The position numbers were made by a program, and so were the translations under genes. Positions 42,659 to 52,061 of a DNA stretch of 64,000 nt are shown one piece after another. The stretch is from assembly GCA_964396245.1 (NCBI GenBank), contig CAYNEO010000017.1, forward strand, positions 1,714 to 65,713, written 5' to 3'. The notes below the pieces were generated by a model, which saw only the letters and a program-made list of their open reading frames with translations, did not search any database and had not been told where the DNA came from. Numbering within the stretch: position 1 is the stretch's first letter; each line of letters opens with the position of its first letter. Source of the stretch: an uncultured Ignavibacteriales bacterium. GTDB lineage: Bacteria; Zixibacteria; MSB-5A5; GN15; FEB-12.

Positions 42659-44234
42659 CATGATTCGCAGAAATATCACTTTGTTCTGGCTTTTGCCGGC
42701 GCTGGTACTGTGCGGCGCCGGCAGAGAGCAGCAGGTTTTCAGTCAACAGATTGAAAACACGATCGATTCGCTGTCGCACAAGATCGTCTGGGTCAACCGC
42801 CGTATCGCACAGGAAACGTGGAAGAGCCTCACAACGGGACAATCGGACTCGCTTCAGTTCTTTGTCGATTTCGAGCGGTATCTCGTTTCCGACCCGCAGA
42901 CCGCAAGCAAGCTGGCGCAGGCAGGGTCGCAGGTGACCAATGAAGAGATGAAACGGCGGCTGTATATTCTCAACAGCCTCATCCAGACCGGACGGGTGGA
43001 TCAGTCATCGGCGGTGACCGACTTGCGCGATTCGATCTATAACGCCTACCAGGCCTTTGCGGCGGATTTCGAAGGTGAGGTGCGATCACAGCAATTTCTG
43101 ATGAATATCGTTCGCACCGATCCCGATCAATCACGGCGTGAGATGGCATACCGCGCGTACACGGCTGTGGGGAGCGAAGTAAGTGACATGTGCGAGCGGT
43201 TATTCCGCCTGCGCAATCAGATCGCCCAGAAGGCAGGCTACAACAACTATTTCAGCCTTGCTTTTGCCGGCCGCGATCCGGGTCTGAATGATTATGTGGC
43301 CCTGATAGGGAAAGTGGATTCGCTGACGGCAGAGCCGTATAACGCGATTCTTCAGCGGCTGCGCGCGCAGCAGCCGACGGGCGATGTGGAGATATGGGAC
43401 TTGTACCATGCGTACGCTCCGGCGCTGGCTCGGCTTGACCAGTACATTCCGGTTGATTCGGAGATGGATTACGCAAAAGCAGGATTACGTGACATCGGGA
43501 TCGATCTCGACAACCTGCCGATTTACCTGTACATCACCGAGGACAACGCGGCAGCTCCGTTCGCGATGAGCCTGATTGTGGACAGTCCCGATGACCAACG
43601 GATAATCGGTAATCTCAACGCAGGGTTCCAGAGCACGCAAATGATCATGGATGCTATCGGATACGCGGTCAGTTCGGCACACACGGTCGAGACCGATCCG
43701 CTGTTCACGATGATTCAGATGCAGCCATTCAAGTCAGGCATCGGACACATCTTCTCCGATTTTGTCGCCGATACGGCCTGGCTGCGCCGGTATACAGCCA
43801 CACCTCAGACAGTGCTCAACGGTGTCGTCGATGCGGAAAGAGACCGGCGCATTATCGAGCTGCGTCTTTTGCTTACTGATATCATGTTCGAGTACGAGAG
43901 TTACCAGAATCCCGGACGTGATCTCAACCAGGTGTACTGGGATATGGTGGAAAAATACGCGTATCTTCCGCGCCACGACGATATCATGCCGTGGGCGGCG
44001 GACCTGACATTCGTGACCGATCCGTTGTCGCTCAATGACGATTTGATAGGGAGAATCATCGCCCGTCAGACGATGCATTACCTGTACCGCACCAACGGAA
44101 CGGTGGTCGGGAACCGCGAGACGCGGGCCTTCCTGGTGCAGAACTATTTCCGTTTCGGCAGCCGTTACGGCTGGCGGGAATTGCTTAACCGGGGCACGAC
44201 TGAGGGGTTTGACCCGGCGTACCTGGTCAAGTGA
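42651..44234 (+). CDS. secreted M2/M3 (neurolysin/ACE-fold)-like protein lacking the HExxH zinc motif
   Basis: Track ORF trimmed to the ATG at 42651 (or 42660); it overlaps the aroQ stop by 8 nt. Signal peptide is MGNMIRRNITLFWLLPALVLCGA. A gluzincin-like helical pattern is present (e.g. RLFRLRNQIAQKAGYNNYFSLAF), but no HExxH occurs anywhere. The expected site reads IMDAIGYAVSSAH. Confidence 0.6.
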   Translation: MGNMIRRNITLFWLLPALVLCGAGREQQVFSQQIENTIDSLSHKIVWVNRRIAQETWKSLTTGQSDSLQFFVDFERYLVSDPQTASKLAQAGSQVTNEEMKRRLYILNSLIQTGRVDQSSAVTDLRDSIYNAYQAFAADFEGEVRSQQFLMNIVRTDPDQSRREMAYRAYTAVGSEVSDMCERLFRLRNQIAQKAGYNNYFSLAFAGRDPGLNDYVALIGKVDSLTAEPYNAILQRLRAQQPTGDVEIWDLYHAYAPALARLDQYIPVDSEMDYAKAGLRDIGIDLDNLPIYLYITEDNAAAPFAMSLIVDSPDDQRIIGNLNAGFQSTQMIMDAIGYAVSSAHTVETDPLFTMIQMQPFKSGIGHIFSDFVADTAWLRRYTATPQTVLNGVVDAERDRRIIELRLLLTDIMFEYESYQNPGRDLNQVYWDMVEKYAYLPRHDDIMPWAADLTFVTDPLSLNDDLIGRIIARQTMHYLYRTNGTVVGNRETRAFLVQNYFRFGSRYGWRELLNRGTTEGFDPAYLVK

Positions 44235-44282
44235 GCCACAGTATCGGTCGAATCGCTTCGCAAGCCTGGCTCTTACGCTCGT

Positions 44283-44978
44283 TCAGAGCGGTATGCCGAT
44301 ACCGATTTCAATGGCGAAGGCCTCCAGATTAAAGGGGACCTCCGGCAGCCAAAAATACGAGAAGGGACCCTCATGGCCCTTTGATCGCACGTTCTCGTAA
44401 TAGACTTCAACGCGGGTATTGGTCTTTGCCCCGGTAACAAAGAGCCCGATTCCGAACCGAAAATACGTAGACGAACCAAGATTACTACTGCCCGTTTGAC
44501 CGGAACTACCAACGGACGACAGGGAGATAATGTACGGACCGTCAAGCTGTCTATCAAGCGCGGGGCCCCAGGCAGTTACTCGCCCTAACTCTACACGTGC
44601 ATAGGGAGACTGCCGGTTGTGCGGAAACAGGCGGAACAGGCCGTATCCGGCATAATGGAACGTCCGCACCGCGTCAATTTCGAACTGGCTCATATCTTTC
44701 CACACGGCGCTGAATTTGCCCCCGAGGCCGTAACGAGGCTGCACGTAGTATTCCACGGCGAGACCGAAACCATAGAGGGCCTTGTCTTTGACATGATCGA
44801 GATAGTCGCCCGCGTCGCCGATGAGAAGCCCGCCCGTAATGGACGGAACGATAACGAATCGGCCACCAAGTCCACGCGCAGTGTCGCGCTGGGGAGCGGG
44901 ATCAGGGTTCCCGGCGAAAAGGACCGCCGGCGCGCCTATCGCAAGCGCCGCGACCAACAAGAAGAGTTTTCTGATAAT
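44283..44978 (-). CDS. outer-membrane beta-barrel protein, paralog A (probable ATT start)
   Basis: The track ORF starts at the TTG at 44960, which lies 19 nt or more from the only SD and truncates the signal peptide. GGAGGAGG is followed by ATT ATC AGA AAA CTC TTC TTG TTG (IIRKLFLL...), which aligns codon-for-codon with paralog B's ATG TTT AGA AGA CTC TTC TTG ATG. The C-terminus is ...EIGIGIPL. Confidence 0.65.
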   Translation of the reverse strand: MIRKLFLLVAALAIGAPAVLFAGNPDPAPQRDTARGLGGRFVIVPSITGGLLIGDAGDYLDHVKDKALYGFGLAVEYYVQPRYGLGGKFSAVWKDMSQFEIDAVRTFHYAGYGLFRLFPHNRQSPYARVELGRVTAWGPALDRQLDGPYIISLSSVGSSGQTGSSNLGSSTYFRFGIGLFVTGAKTNTRVEVYYENVRSKGHEGPFSYFWLPEVPFNLEAFAIEIGIGIPL

Positions 44979-45151
44979 TCCTCCTCCGGAATGCCAAAAA
45001 GGGAAATCACTTATGTCAGTGTGTCAGCAACAAATTCCCTCAGTGCTAAAATTAGCCAACTGAACTCCGACATGCAAACTTTTCATCCCCGGCCATTTGT
45101 GATTGAGCCCCGGGGGCAGCGAGACTTTCGCAAATTGACGGCCGGCACCTC

Positions 45152-45793
45152 CTACAAAGGGACTCCGACGGCCAGTTCAATGCCCACAGCAGCGGCATTG
45201 AATGACCGCCAATGCGGTATATAATAATCGCGGCTGCCTTCACTTTTTGTGATCCTGTAATATATCTCCACCCGCGAATTGCTTATGCCGGCCGCACTCT
45301 TATACTGGGAATAGAGACCAAATCCCAGACGCAAGTAGCCGTGGGTGCCGAGATTCTGTTTCAAATCGGGACCGTATGAAACCGATGTGGTGCTGATCCC
45401 GCCTTCGAGGCGAAAGAAGGCAGACTGCCGACTATACGGAGCGGCCCGGAACAGCAAGTAAGCCGCGTAGTCAAATGTCCGGATAGCATTTTCATCAAAC
45501 TGACTCATGTTCTTCCACACGACGTCGAAGTTCAAAGCCACCGCGACTTTTGGATGGACATAGTGCTCGAGTGCTATTCCGGCTCCATACAGGGCCTTGT
45601 CCTTGATACTCGTGAAGTTGTCCGCAGTCTTGCCAACGACAATCCCCCCTATCAGCGAAGGCACAATCAGGAGTTTCCCTCGGTATCCCCAGGCTTCGTT
45701 ATGCTGTGATTGCTCCGGGTCTGGTTGTGCCCGGGCTGCCGACAGCGTGCAAAGCACTACCGCCGTGCTCATCAAGAAGAGTCTTCTAAACAT
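45152..45793 (-). CDS. outer-membrane beta-barrel protein, paralog B
   Basis: GGAGGAGG immediately precedes the ATG. Signal peptide is MFRRLFLMSTAVVLCTLSAARA. Blocks shared with paralog A are IVPS(I/L).GG, KDKALYG.G.A.E.YV.P, VWK.MSQF and AIRTF.YA.Y.LFR. The C-terminus is ...ELAVGVPL. Confidence 0.75.
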   Translation of the reverse strand: MFRRLFLMSTAVVLCTLSAARAQPDPEQSQHNEAWGYRGKLLIVPSLIGGIVVGKTADNFTSIKDKALYGAGIALEHYVHPKVAVALNFDVVWKNMSQFDENAIRTFDYAAYLLFRAAPYSRQSAFFRLEGGISTTSVSYGPDLKQNLGTHGYLRLGFGLYSQYKSAAGISNSRVEIYYRITKSEGSRDYYIPHWRSFNAAAVGIELAVGVPL

Positions 45794-45958
45794 CCTCCTC
45801 CGTCCCGCTTAATAAACATCTGTGCATACATAATGTAACTAATTTTCCGAAGAGAGCAAGCGCGTACTCCGGGCAGGATTGAAATCGCTTGTCCGCGGAC
45901 AGACGGCCGCATAACTTGGCTCAAACTACGTGATAAATTCGGATGATTGACAACTGAC

Positions 45959-47341
45959 ATGTCTACCGAGAGCAACAACGACCTTCAGTCTATGGGAAAA
46001 CGGGAACGGATTATCAGCGGACCGATAATACGGACGGTCTTCGCGCTGGCGATTCCGCCCGTGCTGGGTATGCTGATGGAATTCGCCCTGTCGGTGACGG
46101 ACTTCTACTGGGTTGGCCGGTTAGGGGCATCGGCGCAGGACGCAATCACCAGTTCGATGGTTCTTCAGTGGACCATATTTTCATTCATGACTATGATCTC
46201 CGTTGGCGTTACGGCGCTGGTGTCGCGGTCGGTGGGCGCCAATGAACCGGAGCGGGCGGCCTTTTATATCCGTCAGGCATATCGACTGGCGGCGCTGCTG
46301 TCGCTGGTGGTCAGCGTTGCCGGTTACATCCTGGCGCCCGATGTCCTCGATTTCATGGATGCCGAGCCGAGTACGATGGTAATGGCCATTCCGTACCTTC
46401 GGATCTTCTTCGTCTCAACGATCTTCTTTGCCATCGCGGAAACGACCTACGCATCGTTCAGAGCTTCAGGGGACACTCGCACGCCGTTTATCATCGCGGC
46501 GGTGACGGTAACGATCAACATGGCGCTGGACCCGCTGCTCATATTCGGCATTGGTCCGTTTCCGGAACTGGGCGTGCCGGGGGCCAGTCTGGCAACGGCG
46601 ATTGCAATATTTGTGGGGATGGTTTCAATCCTGGTATTGCTGGTGCGGGGACGGCTTGGTTACCGCGTGCCGGATTTGTTCAGCAGTCTGCCCGACTGGA
46701 AGGCCATGCTTAAGATCTCGCGGATTGGTGTTCCGGTATCGACGCAGCAATTGACCTTCGTCGTCGTTTACTGGTTTCTCATCAAGATAGTGCACCAGTT
46801 TGGTGACACGGCCGGGGCGGCGATGGGGATCGGCAACCGGATGGAATCGTTTTCGTATCTGACCTGCTACGGTTTTTCACTGGCGGCCTCGACGATGGTG
46901 GGGCAAAATCTCGGGGCGAAAAAGCCGGACCGCGCCGAGCGGTGCGCGTGGTGGGCGGTTGGTCTGGCTATCGGAATGACGGGCATTATGACGGTGCTGT
47001 TTCTGACCATTCCCGGACAAATTGCGGGGATATTTACCGAGAATGCCGAGGTTCGCAAGATTGCCTCCGATTATCTGTTTATTCTCGGTCTTTCACAGGC
47101 AGCCATGGCCGTGGAAATTGTGCTCGAGGCGGCATTTGGCGGGGCGGGGAATACCATTCCACCGATGGTGGTGCTCGTTCCGGCGGCGATTTTGCGCGTC
47201 CCGCTGGCTTATTACCTGGCTTTCAACGCCGGCTGGGGGATTAACGGCGTGTGGTGGACGCTGACTTTCACGACCTTTGCCAAAGCCGCAATAATGGCAT
47301 TCTGGTTCAAACTCGGGCGCTGGAAACTCAAAGAGGTGTGA
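45959..47341 (+). CDS. MATE family efflux transporter
   Basis: The ATG at 45959 is taken as the start (the track uses the TTG at 45947). The protein has 12 TM helices. MATE-type N-terminal motif is PPVLGMLMEFALSVTDFYWVGRLG, and an internal duplication is present (...VPVSTQQLTFVVVYWFLIKIV...). Confidence 0.85.
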   Translation: MSTESNNDLQSMGKRERIISGPIIRTVFALAIPPVLGMLMEFALSVTDFYWVGRLGASAQDAITSSMVLQWTIFSFMTMISVGVTALVSRSVGANEPERAAFYIRQAYRLAALLSLVVSVAGYILAPDVLDFMDAEPSTMVMAIPYLRIFFVSTIFFAIAETTYASFRASGDTRTPFIIAAVTVTINMALDPLLIFGIGPFPELGVPGASLATAIAIFVGMVSILVLLVRGRLGYRVPDLFSSLPDWKAMLKISRIGVPVSTQQLTFVVVYWFLIKIVHQFGDTAGAAMGIGNRMESFSYLTCYGFSLAASTMVGQNLGAKKPDRAERCAWWAVGLAIGMTGIMTVLFLTIPGQIAGIFTENAEVRKIASDYLFILGLSQAAMAVEIVLEAAFGGAGNTIPPMVVLVPAAILRVPLAYYLAFNAGWGINGVWWTLTFTTFAKAAIMAFWFKLGRWKLKEV

Positions 47342-47461
47342 TATTCTATTGACGCTTCGGAGTGTGTCCTGTTAATTCGTTGTACGGCATACGACGGCGG
47401 GGCGCGGACATTTCGCCCCGGTAACAAAACATATATACTTGACTAAAGGATAGACCCGACT

Positions 47462-48232
47462 ATGAAAGAGACATTTATCAGATATCGCGACAAGAAAGGC
47501 GGCGAAATCCGTTACGGAATGCTGGATGACCAGCGCGTCACGCCGCTCGACAAGGCTCCCTGGATTGGAATCGAGGCCGAGGACAGGGATTATGACCTTG
47601 CCGATGTCGAATTGTTAGCCCCGGTGGAGCCGACTAAAATCGTCTGTATCGGGCTGAATTACCATGCCCATGTGAAGGCATCGCAGTCGGCCGACGAGGC
47701 CCCGGAATACCCCCTGATTTTTCTTAAGCCGCCCTCGGCAATTATCGGCCCCGATGACAAAATCGTTCATCCTTCCGTGTCGGAACGGGTGGACTACGAG
47801 GCGGAATTGGGTGTAGTGATCGGCAAGACGGCGAAGAATGTAAGTCGCGAGGATGCGGATAAATACATTTTCGGATTTACGTGTGTCAATGATGTGACGG
47901 CTCGTGACCTCCAGAAGAGAGACGGCCAGTGGTCACGGGCGAAGGGATTCGATACGTTCTGTCCGGTCGGGCCGTGGATTCTAACGGAGCTGAACTACCA
48001 GGACGTTCTGGTGGAAGGGGTGCTCAACGGCAAAGTCATGCAGTCGGGCCGGACTTCGCTGATGATTTTCGATATCAAGTACCTGATCAGCTATATATCC
48101 TCGATCATGACCCTGTATCCGGGTGACCTGATTTCGACCGGAACACCGGCAGGCATTGCGCCCATGAAGTCAGGGGACAAGATCGAAGTGCGTGTTGAGG
48201 GAGTCGGAACGCTTGCGAACAGTATGGCATAG
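47462..48232 (+). CDS. fumarylacetoacetate hydrolase (FAH) family protein
   Basis: Motifs are KIVCIGLNYHAH, VDYEAELGVVIGK, GFTCVNDVTARD and TLYPGDLISTGTPAGI, which together form the canonical FAH-family metal and substrate motifs. Confidence 0.85.
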   Translation: MKETFIRYRDKKGGEIRYGMLDDQRVTPLDKAPWIGIEAEDRDYDLADVELLAPVEPTKIVCIGLNYHAHVKASQSADEAPEYPLIFLKPPSAIIGPDDKIVHPSVSERVDYEAELGVVIGKTAKNVSREDADKYIFGFTCVNDVTARDLQKRDGQWSRAKGFDTFCPVGPWILTELNYQDVLVEGVLNGKVMQSGRTSLMIFDIKYLISYISSIMTLYPGDLISTGTPAGIAPMKSGDKIEVRVEGVGTLANSMA

Positions 48233-49973
48233 CCTGGCGGCAATCTTTCTGCTGGGAGGCACGGCGTTCGGGTTTGATACGATACATCTCCATGCCTCTC
48301 TCAATGATTCGACCCGGACAATAACGGGGAAGATGCAGGTAACGTTTACGTCGATCGAGCAACCGGTCGACGATCTCCGTTTTCGGTTGTATCCGAACCT
48401 GTTCTGCGGGGCGCGGGAGTGTGGAATTTCGGTTGATTCGTTTTTTGTCGGGACGAACGATCTAACAGATCGGGTGGTGTCCGACAGCACCGATCTTCAT
48501 GTCGGTTTGCCGCAGCCGTTGAATTCCCCGATCGACGTTGCCATCTATTTCAAGACGGTGGTGCCGGAACTTGCCGGGCGGTTTGGCTATTTTGACCGTC
48601 AGTATGCTCTCGAGACGTGGTTCCCGATGCCGGCGCCGCTGGCCAACGGGCGGTGGCAGAAGGTGCATTACACCAATGAAGTCGAACCTGTTGCCGATTT
48701 CTACGATTTTGTCGTGAATTTCGAGTTTCCCGACTCATTGCAGATCATAGCGCCCGGTATGGTGTCTGCCGACACGACTGACGGGACTATTTCCGCTCGT
48801 TTCGAACAGGCGGACGTTCACGAATTCGCAATGATTGTCGGAAAGGACTACCTCGCAGACACGCTGCAATCCGGGTCGATCAGTCTGCGAGTGTATTATC
48901 GTGAAGCGGACGCGTTCATGGCGGATTCGGTGATGAAGGTGGCCGACACGACATTGAAACTGATGTCGCAGTATGTGGTTGCGTATCCCTACAACGAGTA
49001 CAATGTCGTGATTGGCGGTTTTGTCGGCGGCGGGCTGGAAGTGCCGCTGGGAACGTTCCTGAACCGTCCGACGCGCGTGGTCTGGTTCTCGTTCTACGAT
49101 CTCATGGTGGCTCACGAAACGATTCACCAATGGTTTTACGGGATCATCAATTCGAGTCAGGCGGCGACGCCGTGGCTCGATGAATCGATTACCGAGTATT
49201 TCAGCTGGAAAGTATTAGCCGATATTGTGGGGGATCCGGTCGAAATGACGTCGCTCGCCGGCTACGAGATCACGTTTACCGGAGTTAATCGGTTTGCCGC
49301 TCGCCAGTATATCGGGCTTTTGCCGATCACGGAGCCGGCCGATTATTATTTCCCTGATGAGTATTTCGTCACGATCTACTACAAGGGCGTCCTGCTGATG
49401 AGAACGTTCGGGGCTTTAATGGGCCCCGAGAACGAACGGTTGTTCTGGAAGACCTACGGTGATATGTACCAGATGCGCCGCCCGACCACGGATGAGTTTA
49501 TCGAACTGGCATCGCAGTTCATGCCGCCTCCAACGGATGCCGGTGAGGTTATCAACATGGCCCAGCCGCTGGATTTCGAGATGCGTTCGATCAAACGCGA
49601 AGTGATAGACACACTGGAGCTCGACACGACCGAAACCGGCGGGCCGACTGAAAGCGGCCCAAGGATGCGCTCGACGGTCAGTTTCATGGCGCGCCATCCG
49701 CTTAAGGCGCCGGTGACCGTGAGACTGATATTCCAGGACGATGTTCAGCAGGACACGACGATCGTTCCCAAACCGGGGCGCAACGAGATTGTTGTCGAGG
49801 GCAGCGAACCCGTGCTCGGTGCGGTCATCGATCCGGATTACGTGTATGCTGTCGACGCAAATCTGCTGAACAATGCGCTGTATCCGGATGTCAGCTCCGG
49901 CGCCGGATTGAGGCTGTTTGAGGGTCTCTCGTATCTCGTGGAACTCTTGTTCGGCATGGCATGGGGGATATGA
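48192..49973 (+). CDS. secreted M1-family-like zinc metallopeptidase
   Basis: Zinc motif is VAHETIHQWFYG (HExxH) plus a downstream Glu in WLDESITEYF. There is no ATG start; the candidates are TTG at 48192 or TTG at 48213, the latter giving the signal peptide MRTVWHSLAAIFLLGGTAFG. It overlaps the FAH gene's 3' end. Confidence 0.75.
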   Translation: MLRESERLRTVWHSLAAIFLLGGTAFGFDTIHLHASLNDSTRTITGKMQVTFTSIEQPVDDLRFRLYPNLFCGARECGISVDSFFVGTNDLTDRVVSDSTDLHVGLPQPLNSPIDVAIYFKTVVPELAGRFGYFDRQYALETWFPMPAPLANGRWQKVHYTNEVEPVADFYDFVVNFEFPDSLQIIAPGMVSADTTDGTISARFEQADVHEFAMIVGKDYLADTLQSGSISLRVYYREADAFMADSVMKVADTTLKLMSQYVVAYPYNEYNVVIGGFVGGGLEVPLGTFLNRPTRVVWFSFYDLMVAHETIHQWFYGIINSSQAATPWLDESITEYFSWKVLADIVGDPVEMTSLAGYEITFTGVNRFAARQYIGLLPITEPADYYFPDEYFVTIYYKGVLLMRTFGALMGPENERLFWKTYGDMYQMRRPTTDEFIELASQFMPPPTDAGEVINMAQPLDFEMRSIKREVIDTLELDTTETGGPTESGPRMRSTVSFMARHPLKAPVTVRLIFQDDVQQDTTIVPKPGRNEIVVEGSEPVLGAVIDPDYVYAVDANLLNNALYPDVSSGAGLRLFEGLSYLVELLFGMAWGI

Positions 49974-50875
49974 CGATGGCGCTATTTTCCAGGGGGATTG
50001 AGAATTTCAGGGGCAAGTATATCCTGTGGCCGTTCTTGTATTTTGTGAGAGCAGGCCTGACGGTCTTATATTCGTTGCCGGTTCTCGTGCTCGTGGATAA
50101 CACGCTGACGTCATCGCCGTATGCAAGGCCGCTGCTGAAAGTGTGGTCAGTGGACGTGATCAGCGAACTGTTATCTTCCAAACAGAGTCTTCTCAGCAGT
50201 TTTGTGCTGGTGTTGTTGTTTTACCTGGTGCTCGTTTTTCTTGTGAAGCAGTTTCTTAATGGCGGCATTTACCACGCTTATTTGTCACATGAACGCGTGG
50301 AGCGATACACATTTTTCGGCGAGTCGGCCCGGCTGTGGCTGGGGAACTTGAAAATCAGCGCGATTATCGTGGCGCTGTATTTTGCCCTGTCGATTGTCGG
50401 ATTGCTTTTCGCGGCGAAGGTACCGTATGACGCTTTCGGCCATTTCGGTTCGGCCATTCTCCAGTCACTGGCAGTCAAGGTGTTGATTCTTTATGCTTTC
50501 CTCATCCTGGGATTCGTGCTGTCCGACCTGATGAGGTTGCGGCTGGCGGCTCATCCGGGTGAGCGGCTCTCAGAATCGTTCAAGGCGGCCATGGGCTTTT
50601 ACGCGACGAACTTTGTAAAATGTTATGGTACGTATGTGTTGTATTTTGTGCCGTTCCTGGTGGTTCTATTTTTCGCCGAGTGGCTTGCGGTCATAGTCAC
50701 GAACGGTCTCGACAGTGTGGTCGGGGTTGTGCTGGAACTGCTTTTATTTCAAATAGTCATCGCCGTACAAATCGGCCAGTCGCTGCTGTATACCGCCACG
50801 ATGGCGCCGCTGTTCCGCTCGCATCAACCGGGGCGGTTCAAGCAAATAGTACAGGGAGAACTTCGGCTTGACTGA
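49961..50875 (+). CDS. polytopic membrane protein, unknown function
   Basis: The 304-aa protein has ~6 TM helices. It overlaps the upstream gene by 13 nt and the downstream gene by 8 nt, which suggests translational coupling. Confidence 0.6.
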   Translation: MGDMTMALFSRGIENFRGKYILWPFLYFVRAGLTVLYSLPVLVLVDNTLTSSPYARPLLKVWSVDVISELLSSKQSLLSSFVLVLLFYLVLVFLVKQFLNGGIYHAYLSHERVERYTFFGESARLWLGNLKISAIIVALYFALSIVGLLFAAKVPYDAFGHFGSAILQSLAVKVLILYAFLILGFVLSDLMRLRLAAHPGERLSESFKAAMGFYATNFVKCYGTYVLYFVPFLVVLFFAEWLAVIVTNGLDSVVGVVLELLLFQIVIAVQIGQSLLYTATMAPLFRSHQPGRFKQIVQGELRLD

Positions 50876-52061
50876 CAGGCTCTATTATCGTAACCCGGCG
50901 CTTCTTGATTTCGAGGCAGAGATTGTTGCCACCGGTCAGCGCGAGGAGGGTGGTTACTATACTCTTCTCAATCGTTCGGCATTCTATCCTACCTCGGGGG
51001 GACAGATGCACGACACGGGCCGATTGAATGACATCAAAATTGTCGATGTCATCGAGGACGAGCACGGCGAGGTTCTCCATATCTCGGAACAGCCGGTAGG
51101 GAAACCGGGGGATGCGGTGAGCGGGGTGATTGATCGCGAGCGCAGGCAGCACAATCGCCGGATGCACACCGCCCAGCACATTCTTAGCGGAGCGTTCTAC
51201 AAACTCGATGACCGCACGACAATGTCGGTACACCTTGGCGAAGACTACGGAGCGGTTGAGCTGGACACCGAGGAGCTCTCGGACAAGCTTCTCTGGGAAG
51301 CAGAGGAGATGGCCAACGAGATTGTCGATCTCAACTACCCGGTGGACATACTGTTCGTGGAAGGTGACGAGGTTGATCGCTTACCGCTGCGCAAGCCGCC
51401 GTCGCGAGGGGGCACCCTGCGGATAATCAAGATTGACGACTATGACTGGTCAGCCTGCGGCGGCACGCACTGTTCCTCGACGGCGGAGATCGGCCTGATA
51501 AAGATTGTCGGTACCGAGAGAATCCGCGGGCGAATACTGGTCAAGTTTCTGGTCGGTCTGGGAGCGCTCGATGATTACCGGAAGCGATTCGCCGCGACAG
51601 AAGAATTGATTCGGACATTTACCTGTCATGTCACCGACCTTCCGTCCAAAGTCGACAAGCTGCTGGACGAGAATAAATCGCTGAAAAAGGATGTTGCGGA
51701 CCTTCAACGGGAGTTGCTTCCGATACGGGCGGAGCGCCTGGCATCGGAGGCAATCGAAATCGGGCCGATTCCGGTGGTTGCAGGTGTTATCGATGATCTT
51801 GATGTTTCGACAGCCGGTCGGCTGGCCACGCTGACGGCGGACAGGGTACGGGGGGTGGTGGTTTTTTGTGTCGGTGATAAGCTCATCGTGACGACCGGGT
51901 CAGACTCCGGAATACATGCCGGCGAGTTGATGAAGAAGCTGGTTGCCGCGACCGGTTTGCGGGGCGGAGGCGGACAGACCATGGCACAGGCCGGGGGCGC
52001 CGAATGTGCCAGTCTGGAGACGTATCGGTATCTGATTTTGGGGCTGGTCGGTGATGCATAG
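50868..52061 (+). CDS. alanyl-tRNA editing protein (AlaX-L type: editing domain plus DHHA1-like C-domain)
   Basis: TTG start with RBS AGGGAGAA 7 nt upstream. The N-terminus is YYRNPALLDFEAEIV. Zinc motifs are HTAQHILSG (HxxxH) and ACGGTHCSST (CxxxH). The C-terminal region ...GLRGGGGQTMAQAGG is typical of AlaRS and AlaX-L C-termini. Confidence 0.8.
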   Translation: MTDRLYYRNPALLDFEAEIVATGQREEGGYYTLLNRSAFYPTSGGQMHDTGRLNDIKIVDVIEDEHGEVLHISEQPVGKPGDAVSGVIDRERRQHNRRMHTAQHILSGAFYKLDDRTTMSVHLGEDYGAVELDTEELSDKLLWEAEEMANEIVDLNYPVDILFVEGDEVDRLPLRKPPSRGGTLRIIKIDDYDWSACGGTHCSSTAEIGLIKIVGTERIRGRILVKFLVGLGALDDYRKRFAATEELIRTFTCHVTDLPSKVDKLLDENKSLKKDVADLQRELLPIRAERLASEAIEIGPIPVVAGVIDDLDVSTAGRLATLTADRVRGVVVFCVGDKLIVTTGSDSGIHAGELMKKLVAATGLRGGGGQTMAQAGGAECASLETYRYLILGLVGDA

